Assembly (NCBI GenBank): GCA_951406725.2
Contig: OX597834.1
Location: 22,134,001-22,198,000, forward strand
DNA from: Octopus vulgaris
Lineage: Eukaryota
DNA: 64,000 bases
Reading direction: 5' to 3'
The first letter of the stretch is position 1, and the number at the start of each line of letters is the position of its first letter. The notes under the pieces were generated by a model. The model was not told the origin of the DNA and made no database searches. It worked only from the letters and a program-made list of their open reading frames with translations. The translations under genes were made by a program, and so were the position numbers. Shown here piece after piece: positions 15,252 to 27,790 of the stretch.

Positions 15252-15475
15252 GATATAAGGTGGTGAGCTGGCAGAATTGTTAGCACGCCGGATGAAATTC
15301 TTATCGGTACTTCACCCTGTTGGTCCATTCTGAGTTCAAATTCTGCCGAGGTCGACTTTGCCTTTCGTCCTTTCAGGGTCAATGAAATAAGTACCAGTTG
15401 TACACTGGGGTCGAGGTAATCGACTCGTCCCCTCCCCCCAAATTTCCTGCCCTTGCGGCAAAATTTGAAACCATT
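14613..15475 (+). mobile_element. Cluster of SINE family B copies in (ATT)n
   Basis: Heads at about 14613, 14843 and 15258, with Meta-like domain. Confidence 0.75.
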
Positions 15476-15489
15476 ATTATTATTATTAT

Positions 15490-15606
15490 TATTATTATCA
15501 TGGTTATTTTTAAACAACATTCTTATAATTATTAGTATTATTGTCATCAATCTTCTCTTTATTATAATTGTTATTATTGTTATTATTATTATCATTATTA
15601 TTATTA

Positions 15607-15649
<43 letters not shown>

Positions 15650-15930
15650 CATGGTTATTTTTAAACAACATTCTTATCATTATTAGTATTATTGTCATCA
15701 ATTTTCTCTTTATTATAATTGTTATTATTGTTGCTATTATTATTATCATTATTATTATTATTATCATGGCTATTTTTAAACAACAGTTATTATTGTTGTT
15801 GTTATTATTATTATTATTATTATTATCATTGTTATCTTTTAACAACATTCTTATCGTTATTAGTATTATTGTCTTCTTTTTATAAGTATTATAATCTTCT
15901 CTTAATTATTATTGTTATTATTATTATTAT
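15490..15930. repeat. Degenerate tandem repeat (TTTTTAAACAACATTCTTAT..ATTAGTATTATTGTC interleaved with (ATT)n) directly upstream of the large exon
   Basis: Three to four copies visible; explains the spurious poly-L/I N-terminus of ORF 15719-17644. Confidence 0.8.
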
Positions 15931-15972
15931 CATTAATATTTGTTTCTCTTCTCTTTTCTGTTCTCCTTGCAG

Positions 15973-17615
15973 CTTTGATGACAGTAGCTCAATAAGCAGT
16001 GGGGATATAAGTGATACCATTGCTGAAATAAGCACAGACGAGAATCTAACCGGAGGTTCCAACTGTTCAGACAGCACCAACCCCTACAGCAGTTTGAAAC
16101 GGACACCGAAAGAAGGTTCTCGTACTATGGTCAATGGTACTGTCCCACTGACTAGCAAGCGTTTTGGTATACATGGTCCTGGCATTTTGTCTTCAGATTA
16201 CCAAAGTCCGAGCCACTTAGTTTCCAGCTGGAGAAAATATTCGCTGCCCCAAAACAAAGCCTATGGAGGGTCTGATTCTGGTGAGAGTGCATACGTGTAC
16301 AGCAGCTTTGACCATTCTCATTGGCGGAAACCTGATGGCTCCGTTGGGCCGTTAAGGAAACTGACCAGTGTCAGCCATTCTGATCTCGGCATCAGTTTAC
16401 ATACAAGTTCTAGTTTCTGCGACAGCGATCGCTATTCTACGAAGAGAGATTCTGAGACAAACACTGACCAATCGTGTCTAATGGATGCCAGCATGAAAAA
16501 GGTTCACCAAAACGGTATGAATAGCAGCAACAATGGGAACAATAGTGCAATGAATGTTAATAATTACGGTTACAGACGACCGCTCAGCAACGCCAGTTCT
16601 TCGTCAGTGGGTAGCAACAAGAGTAATGGATCGAAAGACTCAGTTCCTGGAAGGATGGTAAAACATGGAGACCGGTCTTCAGATGGACGTAACGGAGGCT
16701 ACGAAGTTCCAATAACGTCGATTCCTCGCCCTGGAAGCGCTCCGAAACCGAGTGGAATGTCAATGTCGGACGTGGGTCCCGACGCATATTCTAACTCGAC
16801 CTTGGAAAGAAGGAAGAAATCTGGAAACCACACCCCCAAGTCTACCACTTCTTCTCAGACTGATTCTGAACTTTATAAATCGAATACTTTAGGGAGGAAA
16901 CTGCTGAGCAGTCGTAATAGCATGGGCAACAAAAACGGTGAAGGTTTGTGTAACAGCACAATTATATCGAATCCGCACGCAACCTATAGCAAGCACGACT
17001 CTTCTGGCCGTCCGTATACGACTCATAACCCATGTCACCAGAGTTATTCCAATTATATATCTTTAGATTATTCCAGTCCGCGGCATTCGGCTTCTGCAAA
17101 TAATCCATGGTTGAAAAACAGCAATGGAAATTTGAGTTCAGTTGGCGGCCACAGCCCTATGCAAATGTCCGAAACGGAAAGCATGGAATCTATCTCTTCG
17201 ACAGCTTCTAGCATTCAGGCCCAGCTCCAGCAGGCCCGTGCATTAAGCAGTGCCAGCTGTCGAATTTTGGCTCATCAAATGGCACAAAATCCGAACATGG
17301 GTTTGCATCGTTCGAACAGCATCAGGTCGACGCAGTCTGAATGCCTCTATTCAAGCAATCACCACACAATCTCTGAAGATCTGACACGCACAAATTCATA
17401 TTCACAAGTCAATAGCCCCCACGAGCAGCCTTCTTCCCCCACACCAAGCAACAGCTCGCACTCATCATCTCGCTTCACCTATCCCATGACTGCTTACAAT
17501 CCCAGCATGCTCAGCCAAAGCTACACTCAAAACATGGTACGGTCCAACACTCAGTCGAGTATGCCTTACAGCAGTCTTGCTTTGTCAAAGATAAGCAAAG
17601 AAGAAGATGCAAGTT
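15973..17615 (+). CDS. NAV2: Neuron navigator (NAV/unc-53/sickie) large internal coding exon, Ser/Asn-rich region
   Basis: Open frame of 547 full codons between a pyrimidine tract + TGCAG acceptor (AG 15971-15972) and a GTGAGT donor (17616). It starts (S)FDDSSSISSGDISDTIAEISTDENL, which resembles the navigator motif WDDSSSVSSGISDTIDNLSTDD. Its phase-1 end joins the next exon as TTG. The symbol is the nearest vertebrate name; this is probably the single invertebrate ortholog. Confidence 0.9.
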
Positions 17616-17690
17616 GTGAGTATATATTCCTTTCATTTGTTTAAAAAATAATATCTTTTACTAGACAACTGTATATGTGTGCGTCGGTAT

Positions 17691-17750
<60 letters not shown>

Positions 17751-18743
17751 GGCACATGCACAGACGACTTATGAGTGCTATATATGTGTGTATATATCTA
17801 TATATGTGTGTGTATATATATGTATATATATATATCTGTATATATGTATGTGTGTGTATATATGTATATATATGTGTGTGTGTGCATATGTGTATGTATA
17901 TATGTGTGTGTGTGTATATATATATATATATCTGTATGTATGTATGTGTGTATATATATGTATATATCTGTATATATGTATGTGTGTGTATATGTATATA
18001 TATCTATATATGTATGTGTGTCTATATATATATGTATATATATCTGTATATATGTGTGTGTGTATATATATATCTATATATTTGTGTGTGTATGTATATA
18101 TATATATATTAATGACATGTTATATATAAGGCGTTTTCACATCAAATTGAAGGATTACCCGGTAATTTTTGGTAGAGTACTTATTTACTAATATTTACAA
18201 GTTAGAAGAAATTGATAGTGACTTCGAAGTTTGAGTCTGCTCACCGCCGACGGACTCACAATGGCATGCAAGCGAAAGCTTCAACGTCAACTGTTTCATT
18301 GTCAAAATCAACACAACACACATTCTTATTTATATCTATGCTCATATATAAACATTATCAGTCACACATACATAATTTGATACTCAGCATCATTTGGGGT
18401 GTTTTTCCCTGAAGCTATCCTGCAGCAAATTTCGTGGATCAACAAAACACATTCACTATATGTGTGAGATAGTTATATTCATATTACGTGAACTGCTTTT
18501 AATTCATAAGTTGATATATCCACGCTTGCACACACACACATGTATATACATATGCATGCTTATTATGTGTATATATTCACATATATACATACATATGTGT
18601 GTATAGTCATTTATTGGTTTAACATTCTATATGATCCAAACCACTCTAAAAGTTCACCCTAAAAGTGGATTCATGCTTTCGGGGCCATCATTCTATGATA
18701 CTGATGCAGAAGTTGTAACATCCATGTGTATGTGTGTATATAT

Positions 18744-19130
18744 TCTTTTACTTGTTTCAGTCATTTGACTGCGACCATGCTGGAGCACTGCCTTTAATTG
18801 AGCAACTGAACCCCGGGACTTATTCTTTGTAAGCCCAGTACTTATTCTATCGGTCTCTTTTGCCGAACTGCTAAGTGACGGGGACATAAACACACCAGCA
18901 TCGGTCGTCAAGCAATGCTAGGGGGACAAACACAAACATACACGCACACATATATATATACATATATACGACGGGCTTTTTTCAGTTTCTGTCTACCAAA
19001 TCCACTACAAGGCTTTGGTCGGCCCGAGGCTATAGTAGAAGACACTTGCCCAAGGTGCCACGCAGTGGGACTGAACCCGGAACCATGTGGTTGGTAAACA
19101 AGCTTCTTACCACACAGCCACTCCTGCGCC
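18744..19130 (-). mobile_element. SINE family A, full length, young copy
   Basis: Reverse complement of the family consensus from CTTTTACTTGTTTCAG to CCACTCCTGCGCC. Confidence 0.9.
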
Positions 19131-19140
19131 TATATATGTG

Positions 19141-19173
<33 letters not shown>

Positions 19174-19530
19174 CTGAGTTGTCATGAAAATATAATTACA
19201 ACATCACTTTGAAGATATAACGAATGGTTTGGAGATTAGTTGTAAGCTATTAATGATCTGTTAAATGTTTCAAATTATAGAATTAGAGATTAATTTAAAT
19301 CTATTTGAAATGGAGATAAAGTCTTTGGTTCCAATTTCAAAATTCATTAAGATGATTAAAAATAACATTTGTTTCTTGTTCCTAAAACGTGAAATTTTAA
19401 TCATTAGATAATTGATATTTAAATTTTTATGTGTTATATTTCATTTTTGTAATAAATTATATAGTATGTGTGTGTGTGTGATTGCTAATATTCTGCATGA
19501 ACATATCTGGATATGGGGATATATATACAC

Positions 19531-19579
<49 letters not shown>

Positions 19580-19581
<2 letters not shown>

Positions 19582-19807
19582 GGAGTAAACACATAAATGT
19601 GAAACAAGGTGGAAAAAAGAGTACTCGAATACCAGGGGTAGAGTAATATGCTTTATTTAAAAGCAGCAGAAATTCAACAAAACCTGTTACTCTGAGTTTC
19701 ACGTTCCCGTTCGTTAAAATATTTTAACAAAAACTATCCGACGAATGGGAACATGAAACTCAGAGTAGCAGGTTTTGTTGAATTTCTGCTGCTTTTAAAT
19801 AAAGTAT
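19580..19807. mobile_element. Penelope-like foldback with a hammerhead-like motif, in (TA)n
   Basis: Arms about 19648-19714 and 19741-19807; CCGACGA-ATGGGAACAT-GAAA-CTCAGAG-TA on the + strand. Confidence 0.7.
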
Positions 19808-20419
19808 ATATATATATATATATGTACACACACACACTATTTCATTTTTGCTTATAGTTTAGTAAATAATAATTCAACAGAGGTAAGATTTTACTGAAAT
19901 GAGCCACAAAACTAGTTTCTATGTCTGCTTCCAGTTATTTCACTTGGCTTTTGTTATTAATGTTATTAGGAATTGCATACACCTCAATACGTCACTTCTC
20001 AGTTCCTTTCAAATGCACCTGAGGGCTTGTGCCACCACCAAGCCAACACCAAACAAATTTTCATAATCAGATGCAAACAAAGTATAACTATACTCACCTT
20101 TATTTCGATCATTGCTGCTTATTGTGCCTCTATTTAATTAATCCCAGCTTAATAAAGCTTTGCACATGCCAGCAAATTTATTTTTTGTCATTTACATACA
20201 AGAACGGAAGTTCGTAGTTGTTTCAAGGTCTGTAACAGATGAAGAGTAACAACACAGAAACATCATTCATACCCATTGGTGTGTTTTGTGTCATGAATTG
20301 TCTTCAAGGAGAAATTCTCTCCCAAGAAGATTTCCCTGTAGAAATATTTTGTCATGTTCAAGTGGACATGAACATGTTAAATATAAATATACATAGCTAT
20401 AAATTTTATTATATTTGGG

Positions 20420-20835
20420 GAGGAAGGCAACGAACTGGTAGAATCGTAAGGATGCCAGGCAAAATGTTTCGTGGCATGTCATACTTCCTTACGTTCTGAG
20501 TTCAAATTCTGCCACGGTCAATTTTGTGTTTCATCCTTTCAAGGTCAATAAAATAAGTACCAGTTATGCACTGGGGTCAATGTAATTGATTTTGAAACCA
20601 GTGATTACTAATAAGTAAGGCACCAGGCTGACAGAATCATAGTAGCACACAGGACTAAATGATTAGCAGCATTTCATCAATCCCTACATTCTGAGTTCAA
20701 ATTCCACCAAGGTCGACTTTGCCTTTTTATCCCTTCAGGGTCAGTAAAATAGGTAGCAGCTGAACACTGGAGTTGACGTAAATGGCTTACCCCCTCAACC
20801 AAAATTGCTTGCCTTTCGCTAAAATTTGAAACCAG
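20420..20835 (+). mobile_element. Two SINE family B copies
   Basis: TTCTGAGTTCAAATTC..GTCGACTTTGCCTTT..ATCC domain present twice. Confidence 0.7.
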
Positions 20836-20995
20836 CATATTTTGGGAGGGTCATTATGCCAGTAATAAACACATGCAACGGTTCTCATTCACTTCTTTGT
20901 TATTTACTATTAGTCAGTTTGGCTAAATAGTTGACCAAATGACTGATTACAACAAAGGAAGTGATAGAAACGCACATCAAAAATCTTTAAAACCA

Positions 20996-21033
<38 letters not shown>

Positions 21034-21205
21034 ATTTTGATAAATACTGGTATTTTGTTGATCTTAGTGACAGTGTGTGCATGCATGCATGTGTGTGATG
21101 AGTGCATATGCTGCATAATTGCATGAATGAAACTAGCTTAGAGGGTTGCAAATGCAAATCCAAACCACAATGTTCAAAATGATCTCATTGCCTCCTCCAT
21201 AAATA

Positions 21206-21540
21206 TCTATTATATAAAATCCGTTCTGTCTGTGTGTGGGTCTTCTAGGATCTCGGGCATCCTCCATCTAATTGCGCTCAAATTTGATATGTAGATACTG
21301 ACGGTATCAGAGCATGTATAAGTCTTGAAAAAACTACAAAAATCGATTCCAGGTGAGAATGCGATCGATAAAGCCGTGGGAACGTGCATTTGTAAAATCG
21401 GTTTTCTTCTTTTGCTGGTCTCTCAAATTTAGTTTAAATCAGTATTTCTCAAAGAGGAGGCTTATGGGACTGTCAGACAAGTTGTTTTGAGAAAAATGTT
21501 TGACAACTCAGCACTGTCCATTGGACGGTGGGGCCTTTTT
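21206..21540 (+). mobile_element. Probable Helitron 5' fragment
   Basis: A|TCTATTATATAAAA followed by (CTGT)-rich sequence, as in the other Helitrons; no 3' CTAG hairpin found. Confidence 0.4.
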
Positions 21541-21564
21541 GCTCATATATATATATATGAATAT

Positions 21565-21908
21565 AGGTGCAGGAGTAGCTGTGTGGTAAGTAGCTTGCTT
21601 ACCGACCACATGGTTCCGGGTTCAGTCCCACTGCATGGCACCTTGGGCAAATGTCTTCCACTATAGCCTTGGGCCGATCAAAGCCTTGTGAGTGGATTTG
21701 GTAGACGGAAACTGAAAGAAGCCTGTCATGTGTGTATATATATGTATACAACTTATAAAGGGCAAAAGACGATTTGTATATTTCCGGCATATTTGGCATT
21801 AGAATATTTTTCTTTTGCCCTTGTTTATAAGTTGTTTATAAATTTAACCTTTAAAGGTATTTTTTAGAATGCTGGCCATTGATAGAATTTTTTTAGAAAA
21901 ATTTTATC

Positions 21909-21972
<64 letters not shown>

Positions 21973-22191
21973 CATATATATATGTGTGTGTGTGTGTGCC
22001 TGTGTTTGTCCTGCAACATCGCTGGACAACCGATGCTGGTGTGTTTATGTCCCCCATAACTTAGCGGTTCAGCAAAAGAGAACGATAGAATATGTACTAG
22101 GCTTACAAAGAATAAGTCCTGGGGTTGATTTGCTCGACTAAAGGCGGTGCTCCAGCATGGCCGCAGTCAAATGACTGAAACAAGTAAAAGA
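21565..22191 (+). mobile_element. SINE family A split by an insertion in its internal microsatellite
   Basis: 5' half about 21565-21728, 3' half about 21995-22191, with unrelated sequence between. Confidence 0.8.
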
Positions 22192-22202
22192 ATATATATT
22201 AC

Positions 22203-22243
<41 letters not shown>

Positions 22244-22607
22244 AAAAAAAATAGGGGGTACTCTTTCGTCGCCCGAACCTGCCTATCCCGAGCCTCCTGT
22301 ATATACGAGTTAGAAACGATAAGGGAGAGACGATGTGGGTTATAGTTTATAATTAGGGAGAAAGATAGCATTTGCATCTTGTAGAATATGAGAGAGGGAG
22401 AGAGAGAGAAAATATGACAGCGAGAGAGAAGGAGAAAGGGTGACGTTGTGTACATGTGTGTATGAGAGAGAAAGCGTGAGAGATGATAAAGTTGAGTGTG
22501 TATGTGTGTGTTAGAGCTAAGGCGTCTAAGGGAGATAATTGTGATCGTTCCGCAGAGTTAGCTTTATTCATTTGCATATTTAATTTTTTTCCTTTTTCTT
22601 TTTCCAG

Positions 22608-22660
22608 TGCATGGATCTTCATTGTCGCTAGTATCGACCTCGTCATCCATTTATTCTTCC
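22608..22660 (+). CDS. NAV2: Neuron navigator exon (L)HGSSLSLVSTSSSIYSS
   Basis: TTTTTCCAG acceptor and GTAAGT donor, 53 nt, phase 1 to 0. The peptide resembles conserved navigator HGSALSLVSSTSSLYST. Confidence 0.92.
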
Positions 22661-23434
22661 GTAAGTATATTCTATTAAGAAACATTTTACTACATTCATG
22701 CGCTTGCATACGTTCATATATGTATAATATATCGTCAGTTAATCATAAATTCCAAAAAGAAGCACATTCAAAGTGATAGAGCAGTAGAGTATATAGATAA
22801 AGATAGATATGGCCGGTCATCGATCTATCTATATATATATAATATAATAATATTATTAGGGAGTAAATCCAAACTTACAGGGAAAAATTAGATTTAGGAT
22901 TAAATCTAATTTTACAGTATAAATATAAATTAAATTAGAGATAAAACCACTACTAGGCAAATCAAACAGTGAAAAACATAAACCAAAACATATATATTAT
23001 CTTATATTAAACTTTTTTATACTTTTTGATAGTTATATATATATATATATATATATGAATTTATAAATATAAATTAATAATTTTAAATTTTTGACTTTGA
23101 ATTTAAATTTTGAATTTTATATTTTATATATTTTGTATATTATATTAATTATTTCTATGTTTTGGTTTATGTTTTTCACTGTTTGATTTGCCTAATACTG
23201 GTTTTATCTCTAATTTACTTTATATATATGTAACAAGCACGCTTACATGTATATCATTATCATCATTTAGCGTCTGTTTTCCATGCTGGCATGGGTTGGA
23301 CGGTTTGACAGGAGCTGGTCAGCTGGACTCCATGTCTGTTTTAGTGTGGCTCCTGCGGTTGGATGCTCTTCCTGACGCCAACCATTTTACAGAGTGTACT
23401 GGATGCTTTTACATCTTTTTTTTTTTTTTTTTTT

Positions 23435-23710
23435 TCATGCTAAGAGTTGCTGAAGTATGGAACAAACTGCCAGCATCAGTTGTTAGTTATCGGAGCACTG
23501 CATCCTTCAAAACTTCCATGCTTCCTGAGATTCGCCAACACTACACCTGATTTTCTCCCCTCCATACACACGCAAGCATGTATCTGACTCATACATTGTT
23601 CGCTTTCCAGACATCTGTACATTACTGCATATGCTTTATATGCACTTTTGACAAGTTGTGGTGCACCTGAGCACTGTATACAATAATTTCCTTATTATTA
23701 TTATTATTAT
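23435..23710 (+). mobile_element. CR1/L2-type LINE 3' end
   Basis: Translates as FFMLRVAEVWNKLPASVVS..STASFK (CR1-like RT C-terminus), followed by a 3' UTR and an (ATT)n tail. Confidence 0.65.
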
Positions 23711-23839
23711 ATGATGTGTATGTGTGTGTATATATATATATACATATATGCTGAGATAAATTTCACAATTTGCATAAAAAGAAAAGAAAGCACGATATCC
23801 CACCCAAAAATAAAAGTATTTATAAAAAATCAAAGAACA

Positions 23840-24240
23840 TCAACTAGATTATGGTTGTTTACTCAAAGTAGCTGCTCTCACCTTTCACCATGGCCTCAAG
23901 ATGACTTTGGAATCTGGCACATACATTGCTCAGTGACTAGCTCAGCGTTTGTGTTGCAGGCCGACAGTTGGGATCTTGCTCAGTCACCCCTCAACACATA
24001 GTAATCCATAGCATTACAATTGGTGGGATTTGGAGGTCAAAAATTCTCCAACAAGTACTTCTGACTCTTCACGGAAGTATGGAAGAGAGCTGAATCCTAC
24101 TGCCACACATATGGCCTTCAAGTAGCAGCTCTTTCCAGCCAGGGTTTGAGCACAGTCTCCAGCAGCTTTACACGTCTCTCTGAATGGAGCCTAAGGCCCT
24201 GTTGAAATATGTAGGGTGGCATTGCATCACCCTTACTGGA
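23840..24240 (-). mobile_element. Degenerate maT/DD37D transposase fragment
   Basis: The reverse strand encodes GDAMPPYIF..L..RPYVWQ*DSA..PPN..CNAMDYYV, homologous to the element at 4708-5551. Confidence 0.7.
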
Positions 24241-24244
24241 AACT

Positions 24245-24612
24245 CAGGAGTGGCTGTGTGGTAAGTAGCTTGCTTACCAACCACATGGTTCCGGGTTCAG
24301 TCCCACTGTGTGGCACCTTGGGCAGGTGTCTTATGCTATAGCCTTGGGCCAACCAAAGCCTTGTGAGTGGATTTGGTAGACAGAAAGAAGCCCGTCGTAT
24401 ATATATGTTTGTGTGTCTGTGTTTGTCCCCCTAGCATCGCTTGACACCTGATGCTGGTGTGTTTACGTCCCCGTAACTTAGCGGTTTGGCAAAAGAGACC
24501 GATAGAATAAGCACTAGGATTACAAAGAATAAGTCCTGGGGTAGATTTGCTCGACTAAAGGCGGTGCTCCAGCATGGGCGCAGTCAAATGACTGAAACAA
24601 GTAAAAGAGTAA
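24245..24612 (+). mobile_element. SINE family A, full length
   Basis: Consensus head and tail present. Confidence 0.9.
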
Positions 24613-24634
24613 AAGAGAGAGAGAGAGAAAGAGA

Positions 24635-25440
24635 GGCACTGTAATGTCTATAATATTATACTGTTTATTTATTTTGTCCTCTAGGATCATATCTGGTCTC
24701 CTTACTTCAATAGTACGGTCAGCCTTCATGGAGAAATCTCATAAAAAAGAATTTGGGAAAATTTGGTTTTCATTCTGTCCATATCATGTCTTAGAGCCTT
24801 AACTGTGTCCACAGAGTATTGAGCAGCACTCGTGAGGCAGGCATTTTGATACCTGGCATAGACCATTATGATACTGGAACTCTTTCCTGATATTTAGATG
24901 TCCTCCATCATAGGACATTGGAATTTTAGCTAAGCGTGTGGATTCAAAGAATTAGAAAAGTGGTCAGGAGACCAACCAGAGGCTATGATGATGAATAAGA
25001 ATTACTGGATTTTTATGAGATTTCTCCATGAAGGCTGACCGTACTATTGAAGTACGGAGACCAGTTATGATCCTAGAGGACAAAATAAATAAACAGTATA
25101 ATATTATAGACATTACAGTGCCATATGAAAACCAAATGGGTTCAAAAAATTGGAAAAAAATTGAGAAATCTCAGGACTTAGCTTCAGAGTTGAAGAGACT
25201 GTTTAAGACTAAGACAGCAGTCATTCCTGTGGAAATTGGTGCATTTGGCACATAACCCAAACTGCTGTCTAAGAGAATGAAATATATTGGAATGGACACA
25301 AGCACTGTGAAGCTATAGGAAAATTCAGTCATCTATTCTGTAAGAATTCTAAGAACAATTCTTGAGATTTGAGAATATTCATTGTTACCTAATCTCATAA
25401 CAAATCCCTGCTAATTAACGTAGCATGTGATATTTATAAT
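24635..25440 (+). mobile_element. R4/Dong-like non-LTR retrotransposon 3' end (restriction-like endonuclease) with an inverted duplicated segment
   Basis: Translates as MKADRTIEVRRP(D/V)MILEDK..IIDITVP..KIEK..DL..IPVEIGAFGT..RILRTIL, the RLE RPD-D-K motif. Segment 24635-24746 is the reverse complement of 25010-25122. Confidence 0.75.
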
Positions 25441-25891
25441 AATATATGATGGATTCTCCTGTCGAAGATGGCGTGTGCTCATTCAGCATTTGACAAGCAA
25501 CCTGCACAGATGATTTGTTTCTAGGGATCAGCTGTGTGTGCCACACATGAGTTCATTCCCTCCTTCTAATCAACGTTACCTGAACAGGTGCACAATGTGC
25601 CATACATCAGGTGACGAAGCGATTGCAGAGCAACATGGAGTGGAGTGTTTTACTCAAGAAAACAACACACCACCTGGTCAAGGAATTGAAACCATAATCT
25701 GCCAATCATGAGTGCAACTCCCTAACCACTAAGCCATGCATCCTAATATGTAATAATGATAATAAGAGTGATGCCTCTTTCAGAATTTTTCTTTTTTGTG
25801 TGTTTGTGTGGTCTTTATTGCTATAAAATGAATAAAACAATGGATCAATACTGTTAAGAGACATTTAATAAAAATTGTTTTATATTTATAG

Positions 25892-25915
25892 GCTGAAGAG
25901 AAACATAACCAAGAG
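25892..25915 (+). CDS. NAV2: Neuron navigator 24-nt microexon AEEKHNQE
   Basis: TTTATAG acceptor and GTATGT donor, phase 0/0. It fills exactly the AEEKxxxE gap between the SIYSS and IRKLRREL blocks of navigators. Confidence 0.85.
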
Positions 25916-26003
25916 GTATGTATGCAGTTATGCTAATATAGTGTGTGTTGAATAAGTGATGTGTGTTGTGTTACATATATATATATATATAGTGTTGTGT
26001 TAC

Positions 26004-26037
<34 letters not shown>

Positions 26038-26818
26038 TCACCTACACATGTGTGCCGAATTAGCCTTTTCTGCGATGTTGTTGCAAATTATTAATCAAAA
26101 AAAAACATTGAAATAAAATTCTGGTGAATTATATTACAAAAATTGCTCTATTCCTCAATTAATACTCAATTAGATTGCTCATTACAGTGTTAATTTATCA
26201 CAAGGTAGAATTATATATATTTTTGTCTGTTTTGACAAAGATTACTTCCTTTGTTTTTTTAAGGGGTTTGTATTGTTTTATTGATTTGGTTTTTTTTTCT
26301 GTTTTGTTATTTTATTTTTAATCAGTGCTTTGTGGTGAATTGTTTTTTTTTATTATTCCTTAAGCTCTCATTAGTCTAAGAATATGTTTGCATATATATT
26401 TATGTAATCAATGTATTAATGGACTTAGGTTTTCGCTCACACTCTTTCTGTTGAGGTTTCTCTCTCTCTCTCTCTCTCTTTCTCTCAATCTGTCCTTCTA
26501 TCTCTCTATCTCTATCTTTCTCTCACTCTATCCATCTATCTCTCTATCTAGTGATTGATCTATCCATTTACCTATCTGTCTATCTCCTTACTTGACTGTC
26601 TTTCTACCCACAAATACAATTAATATACACAAATATGTAAATTATTGGATATTAATTAATACTTCTTGATAAGCTTTTGTAGCCTAAATTAACAGCAGGT
26701 GCTTTCAGACTAATTATGTTTTTACTGTCAATTCCATTTATTCAGTTAACTCCAGCGTAAAATATTGATGCATAAATATATGTGCATGTGTGTGTGTGTA
26801 TATATGTATATATATGTA

Positions 26819-26854
<36 letters not shown>

Positions 26855-27199
26855 CATATACACACATAAATATATATGTGTGTGTGTGTATTCATGGATG
26901 TATGTTTTGACAAACCATTGCACAATCAAAAGTTTGATCTTGTTAAATATTGAAGAATTTAGACACACACAGACAGACACACGTATTTGCTTAGATTTTT
27001 TTAGTTTTTTGTCATGAATAATTTTATTTTTCTCATTCCATATAAACATTTCTTTTAGTTAAGAATTTCTGCAATAAATTCCATTAGGATTTCTATAAGA
27101 AAAAAATTCTTATCTTTTTTTTTTTTTTTTAGGAAACCCTCTAAGAATTGGTTTTTGCTACTTTCACTTTCAGAATAATCTATTTCGTTAGTTTTTATG

Positions 27200-27790
27200 A
27201 ATATTTTGCTTCACCTCTGTAACTAATAATCAAATACTATTTCTTTTCTCAATTTTTTTTTTAAAATTTAATCTTACAACTGATTTTCAAATTTATATTA
27301 AAAACAGATTTTTAAGGATTTAAAAAAAAAATTTATTCATATTTCTTCCATTTTTCATTAGTTTTCATAATAATCAAACAGTTTTTTTTTTAATTTGCTG
27401 CTACTGATTTTTCAAATTTATATCTAAAATCTAGATTTTACTTTTTTCTTTTAATTTATTTCTTTTATATTACATATATTTCTTCTTTTTTTTCTTCAAT
27501 TTTCATTATTATCAAATACTTTCATTTTTGTTTTTTTATTTTTAAATTCAATTTCATAATTGGTTTTCAAATTTATATTTAAATCTAGATTTTAAGGTTT
27601 TTAAAAGTTTATTTACTTTATATTAAATATATTTCTTCCTTTCATTCATGAATTCTCATAATTATCAAATAAATTTTCTTTTTCTTTTCTTTTCTTTTTT
27701 TTATTCATTTAACTTCATGACTGATTTTCACATTCATATTAAAACCTAGGTTTTAAACATTTTGAAAGCTTATTTAATTAATATAAGATT
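27200..27790. repeat. Degenerate AT-rich tandem repeat (~130-160 bp unit, TTTTCAAATTTATAT..AAA..AGATTTT)
   Basis: Motif recurs near 27283, 27408, 27563 and 27724. Confidence 0.6.

Noticed and set aside
15719-15972. Hydrophobic N-terminus of the 641-aa ORF, resembling a signal peptide or TM segment
   Set aside because: (ATT)n intron sequence upstream of the splice acceptor at 15971-15972.
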